Shown piece after piece: positions 29,969 to 38,469 of a stretch of 61,975 nt of DNA. The notes below the pieces were generated by a model. The model worked only from the letters and a program-made list of their open reading frames with translations, ran no database searches and was not told where the DNA came from. The stretch lies in assembly GCA_046340555.1 (NCBI GenBank), contig JBKDSL010000023.1:1-61975 (forward strand), written 5' to 3'. A program made the position numbers and the translations under genes. Every line of letters begins with the position of its first letter. Within the stretch, counting starts at the first letter, position 1. Source of the stretch: Bacteroidota bacterium. GTDB taxonomy: Bacteria > Bacteroidota > Bacteroidia > AKYH767-A > OLB10.

Positions 29969-31123
29969 ATGAACAATTGGTTGGATAAGCACTTCAAGGG
30001 CGACAGAGTGATCTGGGTTGTTGTAATGCTCCTTGCATTATTATCCATCCTAGCTGTCTATAGTTCAACCGGCACTCTTGCTTACAAAACCCAGCAGGGC
30101 AATACCGAGTATTATCTGCTGAAGCACTTGTTAATCCTGTTTCTTGGATTTGGTCTGATGTATTTTGCGCATCTGTTTAGATATACTGTTTATGCAAGAT
30201 TTGCCAACATTGTCATTGCTGTTGCAATTCCGTTGCTGCTTTTTACACTTGCGATGGGAACAAACCGCAACGAAGCAAGCCGTTGGCTCACACTGCCAAT
30301 AATCAATTTGTCTTTCCAAACATCCGACCTTGCCAAGCTTGCTTTGATTCTATTTGTGGCGCGAGCATTATCAATAAGGCAGGATAATATAAGAGACTTT
30401 AAATCGGCATTTGTTCCTATTATGCTGCCGGTGCTAATCACTTGCGCCTTGATTTTGCCAGCGAACTTTTCTACAGCTGCTGTTTTGTTTGCAACCTGTA
30501 TAATTCTGATGTTGGTAGGGAGGATAGCTTTGAAATACATTGCCTCATTGGTCGGTATCGGCATAGTTGTTCTTGCGCTTTTTATTTCTATTTCTTTGGC
30601 CATTGGGGAACCGGGGCGAATATCTACATGGTTCGCAAGGATGGAAACGTTTGTGGGTGGCAAAGAAGGGTCAGACAGTTATCAATCACAGCAAGCCTAC
30701 ATTGCAATAGCCAAAGGTGGTGTTGTAGGTGTCGGACCTGGTAACAGTTCTCAGCGTAATTTCCTGCCCCACCCATATTCTGACTTCATTTACGCTATCA
30801 TCATCGAGGAGTATGGTATGGTAGGAGGCGTAATGATAGTAATCCTCTATTTGGTTTTGCTCTTTCGAGCCGTGAAGATCGTGCGCAATTCACCGAAGGC
30901 CTTTGCAACATTCGCCGCCATCGGCTGCGCATTCAGTTTGGTTTTCCAAGCCATGATCAATATGGCTGTAACAGTAGGGTTATTCCCGGTAACAGGACAG
31001 CCTTTGCCCATGTTAAGCATGGGAGGCACATCCATTTGGTTCACAAGCATAGCAATCGGAATCATACTCAGCGTGAGTCGTGAAACCGAGGAGGAAGGAG
31101 GTTTGCAACCTGTTGCGGCCTGA
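29969..31123 (+). CDS. ftsW: Peptidoglycan glycosyltransferase / lipid II flippase FtsW (SEDS family)
   Basis: 384 aa with about 10 TM segments. SEDS blocks include LPHPYSDFIYAIIIEEYG and PLPMLSMGGTS. Confidence 0.9.
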   Translation: MNNWLDKHFKGDRVIWVVVMLLALLSILAVYSSTGTLAYKTQQGNTEYYLLKHLLILFLGFGLMYFAHLFRYTVYARFANIVIAVAIPLLLFTLAMGTNRNEASRWLTLPIINLSFQTSDLAKLALILFVARALSIRQDNIRDFKSAFVPIMLPVLITCALILPANFSTAAVLFATCIILMLVGRIALKYIASLVGIGIVVLALFISISLAIGEPGRISTWFARMETFVGGKEGSDSYQSQQAYIAIAKGGVVGVGPGNSSQRNFLPHPYSDFIYAIIIEEYGMVGGVMIVILYLVLLFRAVKIVRNSPKAFATFAAIGCAFSLVFQAMINMAVTVGLFPVTGQPLPMLSMGGTSIWFTSIAIGIILSVSRETEEEGGLQPVAA

Positions 31124-32240
31124 TACACGAATCATAATCAGTGGAGGAGGTACGGGTGGTCATATCTTCCCGGCATTGGCAATTGCTGACGGATTGCGGA
31201 AAATCGATTCTTCTGTAAAAATACTTTTTGTAGGTGCGAAGGGTAGAATGGAAATGGAGAAGATTCCTGCTGCAGGATATGAAATCGTTGGCCTTAACAT
31301 ATCTGGTTTCAACCGTAGTCTCTCTTGGTCTAATTTGTCATTTCCTTTCAAGGTGGTTTCCAGTTTGATCAAGGCATTGTCGATTGTAAATAAATTCAAG
31401 CCAAATGTTGCTGTTGGAGTTGGTGGGTATGCCAGTGGGCCTCTGTTGTGGGCTGCTTCCAAGGTTGGTATTCCAACTGTAATTCAGGAGCAGAATTCGT
31501 ATCCCGGAGTCACCAACAAACTACTTGCTTCAAAAGCCCAACTAATTTGTACAGGTTACGATGGCATGGAGCGTTACTTTCCTGCATCAAAAATCATGGT
31601 AACAGGAAACCCTGTCAGGAATGATATGGTTGATATCATAGGAAAAAGAGCAGAGGCATTGTCTTTTTTCGGACTTGAAAATGGTAAGCGTGTGGTTTTG
31701 GTTGTGGGAGGTAGTCAAGGTGCATTATCAATCAATAAGGCAATTCTTGATGGTCTTAGTAGCTTGCGTGAATCTGGAGTGCAGTTGATTTGGCAATGTG
31801 GCACCAAGTTTTTGCCTGTAGCATTGGAGGCTATCAATTCCGTAGGATATCCGAATGCCCGCGCCTTTGATTTTATCAAGAGGATGGATTACGCTTATGC
31901 CGCCAGCGACCTGGTAGTATCCAGGGCGGGTGCGAGTACGGTTTCCGAGTTGTGTGTGGTTGGAAAACCTGCAATCATGGTGCCACTTCCAACTGCAGCT
32001 GAAGACCATCAAACGCACAACTGCATGTCGTTGGTGAAAAAGGGAGCTGCGATTCTTGTAAAGAATTCCGACGCTTCCAGTCTGTTGGTTGCAGAGACGA
32101 TTAAAACAGTCAACGATAAAAACTTGCTCCAGTCATTGGGCGATAACATGTTGAAATTGGCGGTAACAGATGCGGCACATCGAATCGCCAATGAAGTCTA
32201 TTCTATTGCATTAAAGCATCAGGAAAAATCGGTCAATTGA
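31080..32240 (+). CDS. murG: Undecaprenyldiphospho-muramoylpentapeptide beta-N-acetylglucosaminyltransferase
   Basis: Contains IIISGGGTGGHIFPALA and the C-terminal GGSQGA and RAGASTVSE blocks. There is no in-frame ATG upstream of the G-loop. Start candidates are GTG 31080 and TTG 31113, so the 5' end is uncertain and overlaps ftsW. Confidence 0.88.
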   Translation: MKPRRKEVCNLLRPDTRIIISGGGTGGHIFPALAIADGLRKIDSSVKILFVGAKGRMEMEKIPAAGYEIVGLNISGFNRSLSWSNLSFPFKVVSSLIKALSIVNKFKPNVAVGVGGYASGPLLWAASKVGIPTVIQEQNSYPGVTNKLLASKAQLICTGYDGMERYFPASKIMVTGNPVRNDMVDIIGKRAEALSFFGLENGKRVVLVVGGSQGALSINKAILDGLSSLRESGVQLIWQCGTKFLPVALEAINSVGYPNARAFDFIKRMDYAYAASDLVVSRAGASTVSELCVVGKPAIMVPLPTAAEDHQTHNCMSLVKKGAAILVKNSDASSLLVAETIKTVNDKNLLQSLGDNMLKLAVTDAAHRIANEVYSIALKHQEKSVN

Positions 32241-33649
32241 AAAATATTTTCGATCATATCACCAAAGCGTATTTCCTAGGCATAGGCGGTATAGGCATGA
32301 GCGCCTTGGCCAGGTATTTCCATCATAAGGGAATAGAGGTGGTTGGTTATGATAAAACATCAACGCCACTAACGGATGAATTGATTCGTGAGGGCATTGT
32401 GGTTTCTTTTGTTGATGACCCCATTGGTCTGCCTGTATGGCTTAAATCCGATGATTCAACATCTGATTACATCGTTGTTTATACTCCTGCTATTCCTATC
32501 GACCATAAGGAGTTTAACTATTTCAAATCAAAGGGTGTTCGAATGTGGAAAAGGTCTGAAGTGTTGGGAGAGGTGACACGAGGAGTAAGAACGATTGCCA
32601 TAGCCGGAACGCATGGCAAAACCACCACTTCAACTATGATTGCTCATCTGTTGAAACATGCGAATAGGAATGTCACGGCTTTCCTGGGTGGCATTGCATC
32701 CAATTATGGAACCAATCTTTTGGTAGCTTCCGAATCCGAGAATGAGATTATGGTAGCTGAGGCCGATGAATACGATCGCTCCTTCCTTAAGTTAAATCCC
32801 GACACATCTGTCATCACTTCCCTAGACCCTGATCATCTTGATATATACGGTAGCAAACAGAACATGGTGGATTGTTATACGGAGTTTGCCTCAAGATTGA
32901 AGCCAGGCGGAACGATCTATGCCAAGTCTGGAATTGAAAACCAATCCGCCATTATACCTACGCAAACCTACTCGACGGATTCTTCGGGACAAATACACGC
33001 TAGTAATTTGCGCATAGTGAATGGCGCTTATGTTTTTGATGTATCTGCTCCCGATTTTGATATAACAGATATAGTGCTCTATTGCCCTGGCAGGCATAAT
33101 GTTGAGAATGCTGTGGCAGCTTCAGTTGTTTGTTATCAAGAGGGACTTACAAAGGATGAGATCAGGCAAGGCATGGCTTCGTTCAAGGGCGTTCATCGCA
33201 GATTCGAATATCGTTTTAGATCAGAGCATAGGGTGGTTATTGATGACTATGCCCACCATCCAACAGAACTTGCTGCTGCGATAGGTACTGTTCGCGAGTT
33301 GTACCCCGGCAAAAGGATTTTAGGAGTGTTTCAACCTCATTTGTATTCTAGAACAAGGGACTTTGCTGATGGTTTTGCCGACAGTCTTTCAAAACTTGAT
33401 GAATTGATCATGCTCGAAATTTACCCTGCCCGCGAGCTGCCGATTCCAGGAATCTCTTCATCCATGATTCTTGATAAATGCAATTCAGATTCCAAGCAAT
33501 TGGTTTCAAAGGGTCAATTGGCAACTGTTGTTGCCGAGTCATCCGCTGAGGTGGTTATCATGCTTGGAGCGGGTGATATCGATGTCTTAGTGCAAGACGT
33601 GGTTGATGCCCTACAATTAAAACAAACAAAAGGAGCCTTGAAACCATGA
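32237..33649 (+). CDS. murC: UDP-N-acetylmuramate--L-alanine ligase
   Basis: 470 aa. Contains FLGIGGIGMSALA and the P-loop IAGTHGKTTT. The TTG start overlaps the murG stop (TTGA). Confidence 0.92.
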   Translation: MKNIFDHITKAYFLGIGGIGMSALARYFHHKGIEVVGYDKTSTPLTDELIREGIVVSFVDDPIGLPVWLKSDDSTSDYIVVYTPAIPIDHKEFNYFKSKGVRMWKRSEVLGEVTRGVRTIAIAGTHGKTTTSTMIAHLLKHANRNVTAFLGGIASNYGTNLLVASESENEIMVAEADEYDRSFLKLNPDTSVITSLDPDHLDIYGSKQNMVDCYTEFASRLKPGGTIYAKSGIENQSAIIPTQTYSTDSSGQIHASNLRIVNGAYVFDVSAPDFDITDIVLYCPGRHNVENAVAASVVCYQEGLTKDEIRQGMASFKGVHRRFEYRFRSEHRVVIDDYAHHPTELAAAIGTVRELYPGKRILGVFQPHLYSRTRDFADGFADSLSKLDELIMLEIYPARELPIPGISSSMILDKCNSDSKQLVSKGQLATVVAESSAEVVIMLGAGDIDVLVQDVVDALQLKQTKGALKP

Positions 33650-34473
33650 TTAAAATTAACCGAAGAATATTGAACGTAGTGTCATGGGTTTTCCTTTCTG
33701 CTGCTTTGTTGGCTGTGGTGGGATTTGCAGAGAAGTCAAATCAGGAAGTCCTATGCAAGGGGTTGGAGGTAGTTATTGTCGATTCAACGAATCATTACTT
33801 TGTTTCTCCTAGCGACATACAGGTGCTTTTTGAATCAAAATCAGCTTCAGTACAAGGTAAGCCTTTGTCTGTTATAGATTTCAGGATGATGGAAAAAAGA
33901 ACGATGTCAAATCCTTACTTGGAGTCAGCTGATGTTTATGCAACTATTGATGGCCGCATCCGCATCGAAGTCGCGCAGCGCAATCCCGTAGTTCGTGTAA
34001 TAAACCATAATAATGAGCACTATTATATTGACGATAAGGGAGGGTTCATGCCTGTTGGCGACGACTATGCAACAAGGGTTCCTGTCGTCTCCGGTTATAT
34101 ATTCGATAGGCTGACTCAACGTTCGCTTGTGTTTGCTGTACCAATGGCCGATACTGCATCGAAGCCCATATTGCATCAAGTATATGAAGTGGCAGGTTTT
34201 ATTCAAAAGGATGGTTTTTGGAGTTCTCAAGTGGAGCAGATATATGTTAACCAGGATTTCGAAATAGAGCTTGTTCCGAGAGTTGGCAACCATACAATAC
34301 TCCTTGGCAGCTCAGAGCAACTTGAAAAAAAAATGAAAAATCTTTTGATGTTTTATCAAGAAGGAGCGTCAAAGTTAGGCTGGCAGGCCTACTCGCAACT
34401 CAATCTGAAGTTCGCGAACCAAGTGGTTTGCACAAGGTCTACTACTCTAATCAACGATACACTATCTAAATAA
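33646..34473 (+). CDS. ftsQ: Cell-division protein FtsQ (POTRA-containing)
   Basis: 275 aa. N-terminal TM segment (VVSWVFLSAALLAVVGF) followed by a POTRA/FtsQ-type periplasmic domain. Position is murC-ftsQ-ftsA. ATGA overlap with murC. Confidence 0.75.
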   Translation: MIKINRRILNVVSWVFLSAALLAVVGFAEKSNQEVLCKGLEVVIVDSTNHYFVSPSDIQVLFESKSASVQGKPLSVIDFRMMEKRTMSNPYLESADVYATIDGRIRIEVAQRNPVVRVINHNNEHYYIDDKGGFMPVGDDYATRVPVVSGYIFDRLTQRSLVFAVPMADTASKPILHQVYEVAGFIQKDGFWSSQVEQIYVNQDFEIELVPRVGNHTILLGSSEQLEKKMKNLLMFYQEGASKLGWQAYSQLNLKFANQVVCTRSTTLINDTLSK

Positions 34474-34482
34474 CCATAACCC

Positions 34483-35790
34483 ATGTATAACAACCCAATT
34501 ATTGTAGGACTTGACATCGGTACAACTAAGATCTGTGCCATTGTTGGACAAAAAAATTCAAATGGTAAGATTGAAATTCTCGGGATGGGTAAGACCGAAT
34601 CACTTGGCGTGATGCGAGGGGTTGTTGCAAACATCGAGAAAACCGTTAACTCCATCAAGGAGGCAGTGAAGATTGCTGAAGCAAAATCAAATGCGGATAT
34701 TGGCTTGGTTTACGTTGGGATTGCAGGTCAGCACATTAAAAGCATACAACACCGTGGAATGATTACTCGTTCCAGTCTGAATGACGAGATCAGCAACGAT
34801 GACATTGATGCTATCATCAAGGATATGCATCGACTGGCAGTTCCTCCCGGTCAAGCCATCATACATGTAATTCCACAGGAGTATATCATCGACAATGAGC
34901 AGGGGATCAAAGATCCCGTTGGCATGTCTGGCATTCGGTTGGAAGCCAATTGCCATATCATTACCGGACTTATTACGGCTGCAAATAACATAAACAAGTG
35001 TGTTCAAAAGGCGGGACTGGAAGCAGCAAACCTGATACTAGAACCTTTGGCATCCGCCGAAGCGGTTTTGAGCGAGGAAGAGAAAGAAGCCGGAGTGGTG
35101 CTGGTTGACATAGGTGGTGGCACTACTGATATCGCCATTTTTCAAGATGGCATTATTCGTCATACGGCAGTAATACCGTTCGGTGGCAATGTTATAACCG
35201 ATGATATCAAGGAAGGCTGTTCTATCATTCGTAGCCTAGATGTGTTGTTGAAGGTGAAATTCGGTTCGGCTTTGGCCAAGCAAACCAAAAGCAATGAGAT
35301 TGTATCTATACCAGGACTTCGTGGTCGTGAACCCAAGGAGATTTCAGTGAGAAGTCTTGCTGAAATCATCCAAGCAAGAATGGAGGAAATTATCGAATGC
35401 GTGGCTTATGAGATCAAAAGCTCCGGATTTGAGAAAAAGCTTATCGCCGGAATAGTTGTAACGGGTGGAGGCTCCCAATTGAAGAACATTGCACAATTGA
35501 TAGAGTTCCACACCGGAATGGACACAAGGATAGGTTACCCTAATGAGCATTTGGCAAAAGGAACGGATGAAATCAAAAGCCCAATGTATGCAACTGCTGT
35601 TGGACTGGTCTTGAAGGGAATTGCAGAGCAAGAGAAAATCCAATTACGCGAACCGATTCAGGCAGAGCCACAGGCAATACCAACCATTGAAGAAAAGAAA
35701 AAGGAACCTGCGCACGGCTCTTGGTTCAATATAGTGTTTCAAAAAGGGAAAGACCTTATTAATGATGGTGGCCAAGACCCCAAATTATGA
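34483..35790 (+). CDS. ftsA: Cell-division protein FtsA
   Basis: 435 aa. Actin-fold phosphate motifs VGLDIGTTKICA and VLVDIGGGTTDIAIF. Confidence 0.92.
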   Translation: MYNNPIIVGLDIGTTKICAIVGQKNSNGKIEILGMGKTESLGVMRGVVANIEKTVNSIKEAVKIAEAKSNADIGLVYVGIAGQHIKSIQHRGMITRSSLNDEISNDDIDAIIKDMHRLAVPPGQAIIHVIPQEYIIDNEQGIKDPVGMSGIRLEANCHIITGLITAANNINKCVQKAGLEAANLILEPLASAEAVLSEEEKEAGVVLVDIGGGTTDIAIFQDGIIRHTAVIPFGGNVITDDIKEGCSIIRSLDVLLKVKFGSALAKQTKSNEIVSIPGLRGREPKEISVRSLAEIIQARMEEIIECVAYEIKSSGFEKKLIAGIVVTGGGSQLKNIAQLIEFHTGMDTRIGYPNEHLAKGTDEIKSPMYATAVGLVLKGIAEQEKIQLREPIQAEPQAIPTIEEKKKEPAHGSWFNIVFQKGKDLINDGGQDPKL

Positions 35791-35836
35791 CCAATCAACC
35801 AAGTAATAAAATCAAATCAATAAACCCCCCAAAAAA

Positions 35837-37723
35837 ATGATGCAATTCGAAATCCCAACAGAAAGACCATCCATCATCAAAGTGATAGGCGTGGGCGGTG
35901 GTGGCAGCAACGCTGTCAACCACATGTTCAAACTCGGTATTAAAGGCGTCGATTTTATCGTTTGCAATACCGATAACCAGGCATTGGAGATAAGTCCGGT
36001 GCCGATAAAGGTTCAACTTGGACCAGGACTTACTCAGGGTCTTGGAGCCGGGGCCATGCCTGAGGTTGGTCGAAAAGCGGCGTTGGAGAACACGGATGAG
36101 ATTAAGGAAATCCTACGTCACAATACCAAGATGGTTTTCATTACAGCTGGTATGGGAGGTGGAACAGGTACAGGAGCAGCTCCAATTATTGCATCAATTG
36201 CACGTGAAATGGGAATCCTGACTGTTGGCATTGTAACAATACCTTTCGGATTTGAGGGTAAAAAACGTAAGGCGCAGGCTGATGCAGGTGTTGAAGAGAT
36301 GCGTAATAACGTAGATACACTGCTTGTCATTTGCAATGATAAACTCCGCGAAATACACGGCGATTTGAAACTGCGTGAGGCATTCGGTCATGCTGATGAC
36401 ATTTTGGCAATTGCTGCGAAAAGCATCGCTGAAATCATAACTACTACGCTTCATATAAATGTCGATTTTGCCGACATACAAACCGTTATGAAGGAAAGTG
36501 GTGTGGCAATCATGGGTTCTTCTCATGCTGAAGGTTCCAACAGAGCGGTACTTGCAGTCGAAAAGGCATTACACTCGCCATTATTAAATGATAATTCAAT
36601 CGAGGGGGCACGGTATATCCTGCTGAACATCACTTCCGGAAATGAGGAAATCACCATGGATGAAATGACCGAGATAACGGATTATATCCAAGAGCGCGCT
36701 GGCCATACAGCTGAAGTTATAATGGGAGTGGGCACAGATGAATCATTACTTGGCGGCATCAATGTTACCGTAATTGCAACTGGTTTCAAAACCCGCGACC
36801 AATTGGACACCGTTATAACTCCCCAAGAACACGTGACCAAATATGACATTTCCGGCGCGATCATTGAAAATGAATCACTCAATGAAGTTCAAACTGAAAA
36901 TGCAACATTGCATAGCGAAAATGTTGTTGAACGTTTTGCAGAGGAAAGTGAAGCGTCAGCGTTTCAAATTCCAGTAGGGGTTACAAGCCTAGAGTCTGAT
37001 TCGGTTGAATTGCCCGAAAACAACGATCTGGATTTTGCTACGTCATTCGAAACCGAAATGACTTTGAAGGTTATTGATGATGTTTTCAATGTTAATTCCG
37101 ATGAAAATGTATCAGAATCCATAGAGATAACCACTTTGGAAAGACTTGATACAACTGAAACCATCAACAATGATTTCAATGAAATGATATTCGAGTTTGG
37201 GATTCCCGAAGCATCTACTGAACCTGTTTCTGATCTTTCTGATGATGAACAAATCGTTTCTGATTTAACAGCTGAAGCTGAAGTCTCTTTTGATGAAACC
37301 GAAGTTAAAATGGACTTACTCCGTTTCGAGGAAGAAACGATGATTGTTGAAGTTAAAAATGATCAAATAGAGGATGGAACTCCGTTTGTGTACATTAAAC
37401 CGCAGGATTCAATCACTGAATTGACAGGTCCAATCGCATCATCTGAAACTCCAATCGTTGAAAAAACGAACTCTGATGAAGATGCAAAGCGAGCTGCAAA
37501 TGAGCGTATGACTAGGATTCGTGAATTCAACCTAAACTACAATACACCTAACGGGTTGAATGATATGGAAAAAGTTCCTGCATTCAGAAGAAGGGGAATT
37601 CAATTCGAGAACAGCGGATCACCCAACGATGTTGAGATCTCCAGATTGAGCCTGAACAGTGAAGGTGAGGGAAGGCCTGAAATCAAGCCCAATAACCCAT
37701 TCCTTCATGACCGTGTAGACTGA
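35837..37723 (+). CDS. ftsZ: Cell-division GTPase FtsZ with a very long acidic linker
   Basis: 628 aa. Contains IKVIGVGGGGSNAVN and the tubulin signature GMGGGTGTGAAP. The C-terminal peptide is EKVPAFRRRGI, followed by the Bacteroidota-type tail NNPFLHDRVD. Confidence 0.93.
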   Translation: MMQFEIPTERPSIIKVIGVGGGGSNAVNHMFKLGIKGVDFIVCNTDNQALEISPVPIKVQLGPGLTQGLGAGAMPEVGRKAALENTDEIKEILRHNTKMVFITAGMGGGTGTGAAPIIASIAREMGILTVGIVTIPFGFEGKKRKAQADAGVEEMRNNVDTLLVICNDKLREIHGDLKLREAFGHADDILAIAAKSIAEIITTTLHINVDFADIQTVMKESGVAIMGSSHAEGSNRAVLAVEKALHSPLLNDNSIEGARYILLNITSGNEEITMDEMTEITDYIQERAGHTAEVIMGVGTDESLLGGINVTVIATGFKTRDQLDTVITPQEHVTKYDISGAIIENESLNEVQTENATLHSENVVERFAEESEASAFQIPVGVTSLESDSVELPENNDLDFATSFETEMTLKVIDDVFNVNSDENVSESIEITTLERLDTTETINNDFNEMIFEFGIPEASTEPVSDLSDDEQIVSDLTAEAEVSFDETEVKMDLLRFEEETMIVEVKNDQIEDGTPFVYIKPQDSITELTGPIASSETPIVEKTNSDEDAKRAANERMTRIREFNLNYNTPNGLNDMEKVPAFRRRGIQFENSGSPNDVEISRLSLNSEGEGRPEIKPNNPFLHDRVD

Positions 37724-37729
37724 GCAACT

Positions 37730-38176
37730 ATGACATTGGAAGAAAAAATCAACGTGGATATTAAAGCCGCTATGCTTTCAAAAAGTGAAGCGGCTCTACG
37801 CGCTTTACGTGCTGTTAAGTCGGCTATACTCTTAGCCAGAACAAGTGGAGGTTCAACGGTAATTTCATCCGAGGATGAGATCAAAATCCTACAAAAACTG
37901 GTCAAACAGAGAAAGGAATCAGTTGAGATTTATGATCAGCAAGGTAGATCGGATCTTGCGACTACTGAAAAGCAGGAAATTGATGTGATTGAAAAGTACC
38001 TTCCTGCCCAATTGTCTGAAGATGAAATCAAGAAAAGTCTAATCGATATCATTCAGAGTCTTGGTGCAACTGGACCCGGAGATACAGGTAAGGTAATGGC
38101 GGTTGCGTCAAAAACTTTCGCCGGGAAAGCCGATAATAAATTGGTTTCTCAACTGGTCCGTTCATTATTGAGTTAG
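37730..38176 (+). CDS. yqeY: GatB/YqeY domain protein
   Basis: 148 aa. Contains DIKAAMLSKSEAALRALRAVKSAIL and TGKVMAVASK, typical of the YqeY family. Confidence 0.8.
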   Translation: MTLEEKINVDIKAAMLSKSEAALRALRAVKSAILLARTSGGSTVISSEDEIKILQKLVKQRKESVEIYDQQGRSDLATTEKQEIDVIEKYLPAQLSEDEIKKSLIDIIQSLGATGPGDTGKVMAVASKTFAGKADNKLVSQLVRSLLS

Positions 38177-38201
38177 GATTTACTAAAGAATTGATCGTCA
38201 C

Positions 38202-38234
38202 GCCGGTGTCTTTTTGAAGATACCGGCTTTTTTT
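38202..38234 (+). terminator. Rho-independent terminator ending the dcw-yqeY transcription unit
   Basis: GCCGGTGTC-tttttgaa-GATACCGGC followed by TTTTTTT. Confidence 0.75.
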
Positions 38235-38343
38235 ACCCATGATTTGCACACCTCGGTGTTCTTATAAAGAATTGAATATCAAATATATAAATTTTTTGTC
38301 CTATCGTTCGTCAAAAAGTTACTTAAGTATATGTTACAACTTA

Positions 38344-38351
38344 TATGTTTG
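38344..38351 (+). promoter_or_regulatory. Candidate -7 promoter element TATGTTTG upstream of the giant adhesin gene
   Basis: TAnnTTTG match in an AT-rich spacer about 120 nt before the ATG at 38470. Confidence 0.3.
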
Positions 38352-38469
38352 ATTTTAAACAATTTAAAATATCAGGACAATTGAAACCATGTAATTAGAT
38401 CCGTCGTACAAAAAGGGATTAATCCTAAAAATCTTGAGTCATTTTAAATATCTAACCAACAATGTTGCC

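Noticed and set aside
38239-38355. A 38-codon ORF (MICTPRCSYKELNIKYINFLSYRSSKSYLSICYNLYV) in the spacer upstream of the adhesin gene
   Set aside because: It starts immediately after a terminator, lies in AT-rich promoter-like DNA, shows no signal of conservation or function, and has composition consistent with random AT-rich sequence.
38416-38425. Perfect 10-bp palindrome GGATTAATCC just upstream of the adhesin start, considered as an operator or invertase site
   Set aside because: Palindromes of this length are expected by chance dozens of times in 62 kb. There is no second copy or flanking inverted repeat that would suggest an invertible promoter.
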